A stretch of DNA of 64,000 nucleotides from Tubulanus polymorphus (taxonomy: Eukaryota > Animalia > Nemertea): positions 16,588,150 through 16,652,149 of the forward strand of contig NC_134026.1 of assembly GCF_964204645.1 (NCBI RefSeq). Reading direction: 5' to 3'. The notes beneath the pieces were generated by a model. The model saw only the letters and a list, made by a program, of their open reading frames with translations, was not told the DNA's origin and searched no databases. Positions 1 to 12,585 of this stretch are shown here, piece after piece; the stretch's first letter is position 1; every line of letters starts with the position of its first letter. Position numbers and translations under genes: made by a program.

Positions 1-38
1 TGAGTTCCTAGTAGCCAATACCATTTTAAGTACGAAAT

Positions 39-360
39 TGTAACGCGTACGTGACTGTACGGTGATATCCACAGGTTAACCGTACGTGAGTTCCCTAAAA
101 ACGCTGTACGTGAGTTCCTATAATCTGCAAACGCGCATGCGTAAAAGAATAGAGTTTGGGTTAGGTGAGGCTAGGCTATTTGTAAATCAAATTTCATCCA
201 CCCACCAGTTACGTTCTGTGGCACAGTGGGTAAATCACTGGACTACTACTGGATTTTTTTTTCGTTTGGTTTCGAATCCCAATATTGCAAGTCCTAGCGT
301 CAACGTACTCACATATAGCTTACCTGTAGAAATCACCGTACAGTCACGTACAGGTAACAA
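39..360. repeat. End of an unclassified repeat with internal inverted repeat
   Basis: GTACGTGACTGTACGGTGAT (~47-66) is the reverse complement of ATCACCGTACAGTCACGTAC (~332-351); the 39-72 motif recurs inverted at ~13956-13990. Confidence 0.6.
213..283 (+). other. tRNA-derived relic or SINE head (Pol III A and B boxes)
   Basis: TGGCACAGTGG (A box) and GGTTTCGAATCCC (B box) at tRNA-like spacing; a T-run disrupts the cloverleaf. Confidence 0.4.
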
Positions 361-766
361 CAGCGTTTTAAGTATTAAGTGAGTACGACAAGCCTACCAT
401 GCCTATGTACTACAAACACAACTTTTTCCCTCTCGTCGGCCCTACAGTGATGTTACTATAACTGGTGCCATTATAATATGGATAGGATTTGGTCAGGACT
501 AGCCTAAAGTCTAATTCATTCTATGTACTAATTCACTCGATAGGCCTATTTTTAAAACAATACAGTGAAATATTCACACGCAGAAAGGCTAATTGATTTG
601 AGCCATGTGATTAAGTTTGGCCAGGCCTTCTCTGACCTGCTGACATTAATAGTCAAACCAAAACGTTCATGTGGTCACGGCTTGTATTACCATAAATCAT
701 TGTAGGCCTGTACATTATGCTGTTCGTAGGTTTGGTATACCGATTTCTCCATTCTTGACTGATAAG

Positions 767-2553
767 TGTACGGTACAGCTGTACGCATTATATAATTGTT
801 CCAATGGGAATAGGGCCTATTGATTGGGCTTATTATTTCCTGCTTTAGAGTACTGAAATAAACCTAATGTTCATTCAAATATCCAACATCGGTGAAAGTT
901 TGATTAATACTGTATACATGTACTGTAGGTTTTCATGTTGTATGAATATTTTGCAGTTCAAATGGGTATGATGCTGATTCCATTGTCAAACGCATGAAGT
1001 TAGATGGTCAAGGACAGTCAACACCAAGATATCTCTCTTCGACCGATGTTGTACCATAGAAGATCTGATTCTTTCAACTCAAGGAAAGTGATTCAACACG
1101 ATCGACAACACTGGAATAGGTTTGCAGTAACTAACCGTTCATTTCATTTAGTCCTATGTACTTTTTAGCCAATTTGGATTTGATTGTAATTGAAACTCTG
1201 GAACTGTTAACAAAAGACAAGTAAGACAAGTTGAAAAAACACAAGTTATGCTTGATTCTCATGTTCAAATTTAATTCAAATTTATTTTATTACATCATAT
1301 TTACAAAGCATATCATTGGTTCATACAGTAATAAAAATTAGGGCAGAACAAATATTATTACAGAAACTCCAAAAAGGCAATGAATTTCTATGACTAAATG
1401 AACATTATTTTTAGCCCACTTGGGACTTTAGTCCCAGCGGGCTATTGCGTTCACATTTCGTCCGTCGTCCGTCCGTAGACGGAAATCAGTTATTTTAGGA
1501 AGTTTTGAAGACGCTTCAATGTAATGTCTTGATATTTGGGTTACACATGTATCTACCCTAGACACATCTTCAGCTCAAAAACTGGCCCTGTCAGAATCAA
1601 GATGGCCGACTGGCAGCCATTGTTGTTCGCCAAAATCAACACTTTTTACACATTTTTGAGGGAAATTTTGAAGATGCTTTGATCAATTACCTTGATCTTT
1701 CGGATATATGTGAATGCCCCTGGGCCCATCAGCATAACAAAAATTGGGATACGGACTCAAGATGGCCGTCCTATGACCTTTTTTAGTGCCCAAAAATGTC
1801 AATTTTGGCCCGAATTCTGAGTTTGCCATTTCTCATTGCAATTTGTGATGGGTATTCTTTGAAAAGGGATGTTTTATACCTTTGATACCTGAATTGTTAG
1901 ATTGTTGAGCATTTGGAACCACTTCCCAAGTGGGCATGGTGTCCCTGGACCCCTAGTTCTAATAACTCAGATCAAGAGTGACTCTCCCGTTATTAGGAAA
2001 CACACGCAACTAGTGGAATAGGTTTGATTTACACACATGTTGCAGGTATCAATTGTTTATCACTGTAGAATTTGTAATCCATAAAAGCCAAAATCAACAT
2101 CAGCCGGAAACCCAGACCAAATCAATTCATAATTTATTGATTGAATCTACACTACGATATATGTATTTATTCAAATATTTCAATTAAAACATTAACTTCT
2201 TAAATCTAATCTATTCTAAATCATAATACGTTCTTATCTGTGAATTCACTCAATCTATCGGCTCAGCAGGTGCTTAAGATGAGTTCTTAATAGGACAGAT
2301 CCATTTTAAGGATGGTGATAATACAGTATCATGATGTTTGAATGCCAAAATAAGTGCCTGGTCAAATATATTAATATTTGTGATTGTACGTCCACGTATG
2401 TTCGGTTTCAAAGCTGAATCATATTTGACGTTTACACAGTGGTTGCATATTAGGTTCGAATCTGTCAATGCATTTTATTCTATGTATCGATATTTCAATT
2501 TACTACAATTCCCATCATTCTGAATGGCTTTACAGAAAACCCGTCATCGCTGC
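767..2553. repeat. Dispersed repeat, interrupted copy (inverted homolog at ~13200-13955)
   Basis: 767-1190 and 2262-2553 match the reverse complement of the contiguous 13200-13955 stretch; ORFs 2274-2468(-) and 13289-13555(+) translate alike. Confidence 0.85.
1409..1958 (+). mobile_element. Helentron-associated non-autonomous element (HINE/DINE-1-like)
   Basis: Starts in a T-run; subterminal inverted repeats GCCCACTTGGGA (1414-1425) and TCCCAAGTGGGC (1924-1935); CGTC/GTCC microsatellite near the 5' end; short 3' hairpin ending CTAGTT. Confidence 0.75.
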
Positions 2554-2559
2554 TTTGCA

Positions 2560-3530
2560 GCTATATTTCAGATTTAAAATTCATTCATACGATATTTAGA
2601 TTTCATACATACTTTCAAATTAGAATTATATTAAATGAATTAGAATGTCCTTTACCTGGATCGAAATATTTTAAAGAATTGGATAATAATATTAATCTAT
2701 CTAAGTTTTATGAAATATGTAATGAATTTAATATAAATATTAATTCCGATTTTAGAGCGCATGGTAAATTGCAAGGTATTGCTGAAGAATATGAAATAAA
2801 AAGAATTGATTATATGCATAGAATTTCAGCTTATCATATTTATAAAATCGATAATGATGATGGTTGGAATAATTTTATTATAGATAATGGTGAAGGTTTT
2901 ACAACACCTGGTATACAAAGAATAAATCAATCAATTAGAACTTATTCAATTTGTATTTTAGGTGCGCAAGTTGAAACAAGATCACCAATAGTTGGAAATG
3001 ATAGTACTTCATTTGATGCGCAGAAACAATTCAAAGTATTATTTGAAGATTCTATTCATAATGATAAAAATAGATCGATTCCAGAAAACCTTGTAAGATA
3101 TCAAAATTATTTAGATAAATCACATATTAAATTAAATTATTGTATAGGCCCTAATCTATTAATTATTTCTAATGATTTAGTATTAAAGATGGGAAATATA
3201 ATTGGTTATAATAATCTAATTAAAACTGCAACAATAAATAATTCATTTGGATAAAATGATATAAATAAAAAGATTATTACTGCTCCAAAAGTAATGGAAG
3301 GTGAAAAAAATAAAATCAATATTCAATCAACTGAAACTAAAACGAAAAATATTAAATTGGATAATGATTCTAAAATAAAAGATTACAATACATCAGAAAA
3401 TATTAAAACTGATAATATTCAACATGATATAATTAAAACTGATAATGATAATAAATCCCATGAAAATGCTAAATTAGCTTTAACTTGTATAGGAATTGTT
3501 ATAGGAGGAATATTATATTTTTTATTTTAA
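2560..3530 (+). pseudogene. Polinton conserved hypothetical protein X with C-terminal TM helix (truncated, internal stop)
   Basis: Homologous to 60903-62268 (FRFHTYFQ, GAQVETRSPI, HIKLNYCIGP); hydrophobic C-terminus LALTCIGIVIGGILYFLF. Confidence 0.75.
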
Positions 3531-3546
3531 TTTTTTTATTATGTAA

Positions 3547-4996
3547 ATGGAAATAGAAGGTGTAGAAGATTATGAAATGGGAGAAATGGAAAATAATAAT
3601 GAATGATATATTGCTGATGATTATAATGATGCAGAAACTAATATTGATAATGAAACATCATATAATAATAATTTAACAAATAATGGTTTTAATGATAATA
3701 CAATAACAACAGGCGATTTTGATAGAAGAACTAAATCGAGAATAAATACTGAAAATGTAAATCTAGATTTAGTAAGACAAGATTTAGAATATATTGAATA
3801 TATTCGTAAATTCAAACCTATATTTGAAAAATCTGGATATAATATAAATGCTAGAGGCGCTAGACTTTTAGTACCAGAATTAAAATCATTAGATGGTGAA
3901 TATTATTATCGTTTGGAAAAAGATTATTATATTGATATTTCTTATAAAATTCAAAACAAAATATTAGCAGAATCAACTTTGGAAAAATTATAACCAGATA
4001 GAATTAAAAAAATAAGTATTAATAATGAAATAGATGAAATAGAAAAAAATGTATCACAACAAAAACCCTATAAAAAGTATTTAAACAAAGAATTAACGAA
4101 TTATTTGAAACAATCGATAATAATTTAGAAACAGAAACAACTTCTGGTAAACTTAAATCAAATAAAGTTCCAATTGAAAAACTTTTACCAAATGGATTAC
4201 TTGATGCAACAGATCAAGAATTAGAAGATTTAGATATATTTTCTGATGAAGCAATTAGAGAAACTACTAGTATAAGAAATGAAGCTGATAAAATTGCACA
4301 TAATAAAAGTATAATATATCAAAAAATTATGTATTTGGAAAAAGAATTAACTAATGCAAATAAAGAAATAGAACAACTAAAGTCTGATTTAGATCATCAA
4401 GTTAATTGATGAAATAGAATATAGGCAAAAAGAATTACGTTTAGAGAAAGAAATTGATAATTTAAAAGATAATTTAGAAGTACAGAAAGGTGAAAGAGAT
4501 ATATTATTAAATGAATTAGGTAATAATTTTAAAAGATTAAAAGATGTTTTTAAAGATTTGTTGATAAAACCAGATTCTAAAATATCATTGAAAGATAGAA
4601 TAAAATTATTATTTGAATTAGAAGGAATAACAATTCTTTCAATTCTAACAGCTGTAACTATGGTATTCACGACAATAGGTTTAGCAATATCAAATGCTTT
4701 AAAATCTACACCAACTCCAAATAAACCAGATAAACCCCCGAATGATAATAATTCTATAAAAGATTAAGTTAAGGATGGTTTAAAGAAATTAGCAAAATAT
4801 TTATGGGAACTATCTAAAAAATCTGCTGCAGCACTACCCGTAGTTATTGCATCAATTGTTGGTTTTATATTGAAATCTGCTGGGAATATTCTTAACTTTG
4901 CTGCTGAACATATTATTTTATTTTTAATTACAGTTGTAAGTGCTATTATTTTTGGGTTAGTGAATATGATATCAAAAGATATCAAGAAAAAATAAT
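3547..4996 (+). pseudogene. Polinton protein Y: acidic N-terminus, coiled coil, two hydrophobic segments
   Basis: Homolog of 62293-63636 and 32806-33217 (EGITILSILTAVTM, KKSAAALP); frameshifts and stops. Confidence 0.75.
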
Positions 4997-5045
4997 AAAA
5001 AATAAACATAATCAAAAATAAATAATTGATTTTTTTGTTAAATAA

Positions 5046-6292
5046 ATGAATGGGAGTTATATAAGTCCTTCTAAGAATTCTAGAATATCTAATGCTATTA
5101 AAGCAGAAAGATCACATCATATAATTATTCATGATCCTTCAAATATTAATCCCGATGAAACTTTATATGTTAGAATTCCTCGATTAACACAAAATACTTT
5201 TTATGTTCCAAATAGTATTTATTTATCAGCTGATATAAAAGTAACTGGTCATGATAATAATTATGTTGTTGATAATGTTGGGAGATATTTGATTAAAAAA
5301 TTAGCTGTAAAGATTGGACCAGAAACAGTTTTCTCATTAGATGATTATAATTTATTTATGCATTATAAAGATTTATGGTTAACTAAAGAAAATAGAAATA
5401 ATATGATATTTCAAGGCATTCAATCGGAAAACCATAATAAATTAAGATCGGGAGCTAATGACGCAATAGTAACTCGTGCCGCAGATAATTTGATAAAAAA
5501 GATTTATGGAAGCAAATATAAAATTCCATTAGATTTTGAATTGATAAATAATTATGCGCCTTTATATAAATACGCAATTCAAGAAGATATTATATTCGAG
5601 ATAACATTTGCTCCTGTAAATGAAATTTTATTATCTAACGTTGTTAAAGATATGGGTTATAAATTATCGAATATATGTTTAGAATATAATACAGTAACTA
5701 ATGAAATTATTGCTAATACAATTCAAACTCAATACAATCAAGGATTTTCATTATTATATGATTATATTGGTAAATTTAAAACTGTAACTATTGATGCAAA
5801 TGATGAAATAATTAATGAGAATATTAACTTCCCAAGAAGATCTATTAAAGGTATATTAATATTTTTTACCATTGCAACATATTCTAATGGTGCAATAAAG
5901 GTAGATAATTATTATAATCCTGAAATAACAAAAGTAGAAATAACTATCGAAGGAATAGCAAATAAAATATTTTGTCAAGGAATGAGAATGATAGATCAAT
6001 GGCCAGAAATTAGAAAACATTTTATGAATGAAAGAGTAAAATCATTTGAAAATTGTAATATTAATCAAATTGATTATTATACCGGCGATAAATATGCATT
6101 ATGGTTAGATTTTAGAACAACAGAGGATAATTCACTACATGGTTCTGGGAAAAACTACAAAATGCTAAGGATGGAATACAATTATTCATGAAAAAGAAAA
6201 AAGGAAGCTTAAATTTCAAAATGCACATTTATATCATATCTGACGCACAATTAAATATTATAAATTCACAATTAGATAGTATTCAATATTAG
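5046..6292 (+). CDS. Putative major capsid protein (double jelly-roll type); one frameshift near 6150
   Basis: ~415 codons, beta-rich, next to integrase and ATPase; conserved in copies C and E; the C-terminus continues in another frame (KMHIYIISDAQLNI). Confidence 0.7.
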
Positions 6293-6322
6293 AAATATAA
6301 AGCTAAAATTAACGATATATAA

Positions 6323-7450
6323 ATGGGTGGTAAAAAAACTCCTAATACTAAAGAACAATATTTAAGAAATTTATATTACAACCCTGAGAGTTCGGTTGCT
6401 TATTCTTCTACCAAAAATATATGGCGTCATGTAAAACAAGATAAATTAGATAAGATAATTCCACAAAATTTAGTTAAATATAAAGATATAAATGAATTCA
6501 TGTTAGAACAACCAACATATACAACACATGAAAAAATTGTTAGAAAATATAAAACTCGTAAAACTATGGTAAGTTATGTAGATCAACAGTGGCAAGGAGA
6601 TTTAATTGATATGAAAAATGTTAAGAAAGATAATGATGATTATTGGTGGTTATTGAATATAATTGATATTTTTAGTCGTTATGTATGGAGCTTCCCACTT
6701 TATAGAAAAGATTTTGTACAAACATCAAATGTTTTAAGACAATTTCTTTCGGATGATAAACAAAAACCAGAAAAATTACAATTTGATGATGGAAAAGAAT
6801 TTGATAATTCACTTGTTCATGAACTCTTAGACAATCATAATATTAAATATTTTTCAACAAAATCGGATAAAAAAGCAGCAGTTGTTGAACGATTTAATAG
6901 AACATTAAGAACAAGAATGTGGAAATAATTTACAGCAAATAATACTTTTAAATGGATTGATGTTTTACCAAAATTGATAGAAGGTTATAATAATTCTTAT
7001 CATTCTTCTATTGGAATGAAACCTATCGATGCTAGAAAACCTGAAAATGCTGAAATTGTTTGGAATAATTTATATGGAGCATTTCTTGTAGATGATTTTG
7101 GTGAACCTAAATTTAAAGTTGGTCAAAATGTTAGAATTTCTAAGTATAAAAAGATATTTGATAAAAGACACGATCGAAATTATACTAGAGAAATATATAA
7201 AATAAAAAAGGTAATAACAACAAAACCATATGTCTATAAATTAGAAGATTTAAATGGTGAAGAAGTTGATGGGTATCTTTATGAAGAAGAATTGAGTTTA
7301 ACTACTGAAAATCTAGAACAAGAATATAAAATTGAAAAAGTATTAAAAACAAAAACTGTTAAAAGAAAAAAATATTCTTTAGTAAAATGGGTTGGATGGC
7401 CAGATAAATTCAATGAATGGATATTATCAAGTAAAATTAAAAATATATTA
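6323..7450 (+). pseudogene. Polinton retroviral-type (rve) integrase with C-terminal chromodomain; premature stop at 6926
   Basis: WQGDLIDM, IDIFSRY, LQFDDGKEF, VVERFNRTL (DDE triad); YNNSYHSSIGMKP; chromodomain YKIEKVL...LVKWVGWPDKFNEWI. Confidence 0.92.
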
Positions 7451-8059
7451 ATGAATAAGGAATTATTTATATTTGAGCCTCATAATATGTTAATTTCTGG
7501 TGTAACAAATTGTGGAAAAACTTATTTTATATTAAATTTATTAGAAACTGTTTATAAAAACTATTTTGATAATATAGTATTATTTTGTCCAACACATGAA
7601 TTTAATCAAACTTATGATAGAAATATTACTAGAAATAATAAATTTACTATATTAGATCCTAAAACAGTTAAAGAAAATTTAGATAATTGTATTAAAATAG
7701 CAATTGATATTTACAAAGGATCTAATACATTATTTATCATGGATGATTGTGCTAATTTACATGATTCAAAAGTTAGAGAAAGTGAGTTATGTTATCTAGC
7801 TTTCTCTGGGAGACATTTCGGGATAACAACATGGGTTTTAGATCAAAAATATTATTCAATTGTTAAAGACTTTAGGGAGAATATAAGATCTCTAGTTTTA
7901 TTCTACAATAAAGATAGAAAATCGATGAAAAATGCATTTGAGGAAAATGATATTATTCCACATGATTTACATAATGAATATATGGATAAATTGAAAAATA
8001 ATAAAAGATCAAAATTACTATTTAGATTACAACACCCATTTAAATATGAATTTATTTAA
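7451..8059 (+). CDS. A32/FtsK-like DNA packaging ATPase
   Basis: Walker A GVTNCGKT, Walker B LFIMDD, GRHFGIT motif, R-E-N-I motif. Confidence 0.88.
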   Translation: MNKELFIFEPHNMLISGVTNCGKTYFILNLLETVYKNYFDNIVLFCPTHEFNQTYDRNITRNNKFTILDPKTVKENLDNCIKIAIDIYKGSNTLFIMDDCANLHDSKVRESELCYLAFSGRHFGITTWVLDQKYYSIVKDFRENIRSLVLFYNKDRKSMKNAFEENDIIPHDLHNEYMDKLKNNKRSKLLFRLQHPFKYEFI

Positions 8060-8060
8060 A

Positions 8061-8333
8061 TTCAACTAGCTTGTTAATCTATTACATATTTAGTTACATT
8101 CTGGTTGAATTCTAGTTATTGGTATTTGAAACAAAAATCAAATAAAATTCAACAATATTTTAACTAGCTTGTTAATCTAGTATATTCTTAGTTACATTCT
8201 AGTTGAATTCTAGTTATTGGTAGTTGGAACAACAATCAACTAGATTTAACAAGAAATAAATAAAAACACTAATAGTTCAACTAGTTTGTTAATCTAGTTG
8301 ATTTTTAGTTACATTCTAGTTAAATTCTAGTTG
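8061..8333. repeat. Three degenerate ~100-bp tandem repeats in a Polinton intergenic region
   Basis: Unit AACTAG(C/T)TTGTTAATCTA...TTAGTTACATTCT(A/G)GTT(G/A)AATTCTAGTT at ~8064, ~8162 and ~8279. Confidence 0.85.
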
Positions 8334-8364
8334 CAATATCACAACTAATTTTTTTGTTATGTAA

Positions 8365-8880
8365 ATGGGAGGTGAAAAGAAAATAAAATCTAAAAATGGT
8401 GATGTTCCAATTGAAAAAACTTTAGATGATTTAGGAATAACAGAAACAAAATTAACTCCAGATGATGGTGCTTTAAATAATGTTACAACAAATAATAATT
8501 ATGAATATTATCTTTATTGTAAACATCAATTAGAAATATAAATAGCATCTGGGAAGTGTAAAAGTTTTATTAGTAAAAATTTAACTTATAATGAATTAGA
8601 TACAATGAAATCAGATGAAATTATTAAATTATTTAAGATTTATGAAACTGCGAGAATAGCTAGAATTAATGACGCGATATCAGAAAATGTAGTAAAAGGT
8701 TATAGTAAATTATGTAATTATATGCTGCCAATTCAAGATGAAAAAAGATTATATTCCGATTTAAAAAATGATTATTTAGTTATTTAGTTATATTTATCAT
8801 TTCAATTAGGTGGATTTATGACATTATTATCAACTGGAGTTATAACATTTTCGAATATTGAAAGTAAAAATTTTTCTACA
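8365..8880 (+). pseudogene. Polinton conserved hypothetical protein Z1
   Basis: Homolog of 21103-21670 (CKHxLE, IYExARxARIND, LKNDYLV, GGxMTLxSTGVITFSNI). Confidence 0.7.
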
Positions 8881-9156
8881 ATAAATGAGCTGAGAAGTCC
8901 GAAACAAAATGAATGGTCTCGGCAATTAGGAATTAAATCACAATCTAAAAAAGAAGGAATAAATAATGAAAATTTTAATAATAGTGAAAATATTGTTATT
9001 TCTACTCCTTCTGGTAATAGAATATTTGATAAATATTTATATTTTACAGTTGGATTTGTAATTTTATTCATTTTGATTGGGCGTAATTGGTATAAAAAAT
9101 CAAATGAAATTCATGATATTTATAATTCTGAAACAACTGCTATCAAAAATGAAAAT

Positions 9157-9907
9157 CACGATAGGTAAAACACAATATCCGTGTTGACGCGATGAGGAGA
9201 GAATCCCACAATGATAATAAAAAGTCCGAAAATGAAACTTCGAGATAGTAGTTTATTCAACGTTTCGACTATATCCTAATAGTCATCTTCAGGAATAATG
9301 AGATACTACAGAAATTATGAGATATATATACAATCCAGGGACAAAGAGACTAATTCAAGTAATCAGAGATGATACAAACTAAAGGAAAATTAACGTAGAA
9401 ACAGTTACACGCTAAAATAGATTAAAGGGAAGCAAACTAAGGGGTGATTATAAACAACAATAGTGAGTATAAATATAAATGAAACTTAAAGTCAGTAGTA
9501 AAAAGAAAGACAAACTAGGGGGCACTTAAATTAAAACAAAGGTGAATACAAGTTAAGTCAGAGACGAAATTGATGAGAGAACAAATAACAAATAATCAAA
9601 GGGGAAATCAAGTGTTGAGTTTAACCAGTTTACAGAGGAATTTTGATATAAGTTTATTATGGGGTGAAAAACCATTGTTAAGGTTTACAACGTTGTTCGA
9701 ATTTTCAATAATTAATGCAGATTCCAAAATATGTCTTCTAGTTTTATCGCTGCAAGGGTAAACTAATTCAGCATTAGCAAAATCAAAATTGTGTGAAGTC
9801 TGAAAAACATGACTAGCAACTCCGCTTTCAGGTTTAAAGTTTTTTACATCTAATTTATGCTCTTTTATGCGTTGATTAAGATTCCGACCTGTTTCTCCTA
9901 TATATAC
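9157..9907 (-). mobile_element. 5'-truncated Penelope-like retroelement (GIY-YIG C-terminus and terminal repeat with hammerhead)
   Basis: Minus frame YIGETGRNLNQRIKEHK...HVFQTSHNFDF...RHILESALI; 14-bp TSD TCAAAAATGAAAAT at 9143-9156 and 9908-9921. Confidence 0.88.
9256..9298 (-). ncRNA. Minimal type I hammerhead ribozyme (Penelope-associated)
   Basis: Minus strand reads CTGAAGA-TGACTAT TAGGAT ATAGTC-GAAACGTT: catalytic core, stem II and palindromic stem III. Confidence 0.75.
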
Positions 9908-10114
9908 TCAAAAATGAAAATACTTCTGAAATTCTAAAATTGACAATAGAAAAAAATGGATTAATATTTTAGAAAAAAAGCAAAAAATAATTTCGTTTTT
10001 AATTAATTGAATATCTCACTACTTTTGTCTATCTATGTGGCGCAATTAAATTGTCCAGATAAGTCATTTCGGATTCTAGATATTCATTATTTTAATTTAT
10101 TTATTTTTTTAAAT

Positions 10115-10441
10115 TTAATCAACAATTTCTAAATCATGATGACCATCTTCATTTTTTCCATGATAGATTATTCTAAATCCTTCTAAATCTTTTAATTCCT
10201 CTGTACTCAATGAAACCCATTTATCAGGTAAAAATACTTTAAATTCTCGTGATGTACTAACATTGCAGTAGCTTAAATTGGCTGATATTTTATCTCCATA
10301 TTTAGTTTTAACCTTTTCTAATTTCAATATTTTGTGTTCAATTTCTTTTGTAACATCGACTAACTTTTTTTTTTCAAATTGTTTTTTTGCTGGTTTAATT
10401 CTGTTATTTATTGTTGCTAAGAATGCTTTTCTATCTCCCAT
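10115..10441 (-). CDS. Small Polinton protein, possibly an OB-fold ssDNA-binding protein
   Basis: Intact 108 aa ORF with KTKYGDKI...FKVFLPDK; homolog at 35493-35820; TAAATG start. Function is inferred. Confidence 0.55.
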   Translation of the reverse strand: MGDRKAFLATINNRIKPAKKQFEKKKLVDVTKEIEHKILKLEKVKTKYGDKISANLSYCNVSTSREFKVFLPDKWVSLSTEELKDLEGFRIIYHGKNEDGHHDLEIVD

Positions 10442-10459
10442 TTATAAGGAAAAAAATTA

Positions 10460-10794
10460 CTTGTAGTGATGAGTGGGGATTACTTCCCCTTGTATATAAC
10501 AAGCACGCTATTAACCGTTCTCACCCAAGCCTCACAGCATCTATTTATCCGGGCACAGTTGACACGCAATCACTGTACTTCAGTAATAACACCCATGTTA
10601 ATAACCGTTCTCAGTAGCACCTCGCTGTATCGATCTATCCACGCGCAGTTGTTGTTACGCGCACTCACTGTATATGTGTATCACAGAGCAATCGTCCGTT
10701 CTCACTAGCGCCTAGCTGTGATGAGACTTGTGGTGATGAGAGCTAGTACTCTAGTACTCTGGGCTGAAAACGCCATCTTCTAATTACTAATACT
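10460..10794. repeat. Probable right terminal (TIR) region of copy A with ~95-bp subrepeats
   Basis: GC rises after the last gene; three CCGTTCTCA-anchored repeats; ends ...TTACTAATACT, whose reverse complement AGTATTAGTAA resembles Polinton AGT-rich termini. Confidence 0.45.
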
Positions 10795-12585
10795 CTTTTA
10801 GACCCAAGGAATCAACACGGAGAAGCAACTAAGTAACAGCTTTCTCTTCACAAATAACGGAGTTAAAAAGGATACCATTTTTTATATAATGTTAAATATT
10901 ATTCAGCTTTTATTAACTCTTCTAGATACACTACACTTGCATGAATCAGAAGTTAGATGCACGATGCGCATTCAAAATCCAAAGCCAGAATATGCATAAT
11001 GTCAAAAATTCATAATGAATTTTTGATAATGTGTGTCTGTTTTCGTGCGTCTGACATCGTGTTTTGGAATATTTCTCTTAACCAACCGTATAAAAACATA
11101 CCTGTTCGGTCTTAATACGACCAGTGGAACAGTGCAGTCTAAATAAACCATCGTTTTTATATCCATTTTACAATGCAGCATTTATTAAATCAGTTAATGG
11201 TTTATAAATGGTAACACGCGCAAAACTCGTAGATGCGGTCTCAACCGATGCACTGATTTGGGTACAGGCCCGATGCACAAGTTTATGTGATGGGGTCAGC
11301 AATTAATGTTGATAGATTTGCCAACGTTAGTGCCTTGTTCAACAAGGGATGTCCCATAGAAAGCACAGTTACTATGTATAGTAAAAATGAAGGAATTCCG
11401 CGTTTTTGGAAAATACTGCGATTCCGTGTTTCCGCGATATGACAACACTGATAATAAAGTGCATTACATCATGAAAATGAATATATCTTATTGCCATGCC
11501 CAATTACGTTCTTGAAATGAATGATTTAACTAAAAATCAATCATTTGAAAAATTCGGGTCATGAAATTTTATCGGTTTGTTCTGAACATGGCATGGCATT
11601 TGGTAAATGGCATGGTCTGAACATTCAACATGCCGACGATTCATATAGATGTTTTATATTTTTGTTCTATCCAGTGTCAGTGCTCTGAATAACAATTAAT
11701 CAAACTTATTTACAAAATGCATGTTCCATTCTGCTGTGCGACTGGGAAAAATGTTGGTTGCCCGTTATACCTCAAAACATGGCATTATATTTCAAAAAAA
11801 TATATTTGTTCGATATCTATAGAAACGAAAACTTCATGAAACCTAGAAACTTTATCAAAGTAGGAGACGGTGTGCTTATGGGGTTTTGCCCAAGCTGGGT
11901 CATCATCAAGCGATGACCATGATAAGTGGCATAAGGATGTGCATGTTAGTGCCACAGAAAAAATGATGCATCGGGGCCAAGTTTTCGCAAACTGGGATTA
12001 ACCTCGCATAAGTCAATAATTCGAACAAAAATGCATTCGTTTGTGAAACCGGGCTCTGGGACATCATCACCTTTTCGTGTTTCAATCCTAAGGCAGGCTC
12101 GACACGGATCCAATAATATTGGAATTATCGCTCCAAATATTCACAACAAACGCAGTCAAAAGCTTTAGAATTTCCATCACATTCTTTAATTACATTGAAT
12201 AATACGATTTAAGATGCGTTCACACTACATACGGCGCTTACGAAGTATCGTACTTCGCTGGTGCCGAATATGCCAGAATAGGGCGCTTACATAGCGAGTT
12301 ACATTCACACACGTCGGAATTCGGTACTGAGTAAGCCCAGTATAGTAGTCAACCGGTGTGCCGAAAGAGGGGAGTGTTCTTCCATGATGGCGGCGCCTAT
12401 GAATATACGTTTATTATGGAAATTTTTCTCACAAATAATGAAAAACACTGAAAATGATGATGAATATGGAGATATTGAAGACGGAGAGTTACCTAAGAGA
12501 AGCTAATGAATGCGGGACTAGATTCTTTCAGTTGGCGAGGCGACAAGGACGCGAGTCAAGAATTACGTTAAAGTAGTTCTGTGAT

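Larger units (their letters stand above)
8880..9972 (+). pseudogene. Polinton small membrane protein Z2, interrupted by a Penelope insertion
   Basis: RSPKQNEWSRQLG resembles RSEKKIKLARELG at 21682; TM segment YLYFTVGFVILFILIG; the frame resumes after the 14-bp TSD. Confidence 0.55.
2560..10794 (+). mobile_element. Polinton/Maverick-like endogenous virus, copy A (5'-truncated)
   Basis: AT-rich intronless gene array with MCP, rve integrase and packaging ATPase; collinear with copy E at 60900-64000. Confidence 0.9.

Noticed and set aside
213-283. Functional tRNA gene
   Set aside because: A and B boxes are present but no coherent acceptor or anticodon stems, and a poly-T run would terminate Pol III.
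6974-8059. Apparent integrase-chromodomain-ATPase fusion ORF (361 aa)
   Set aside because: The junction ATATTAATG is one base from the family's ATATAAATG stop/start motif, and copy B keeps the two genes separate; this is probably a lost stop codon.
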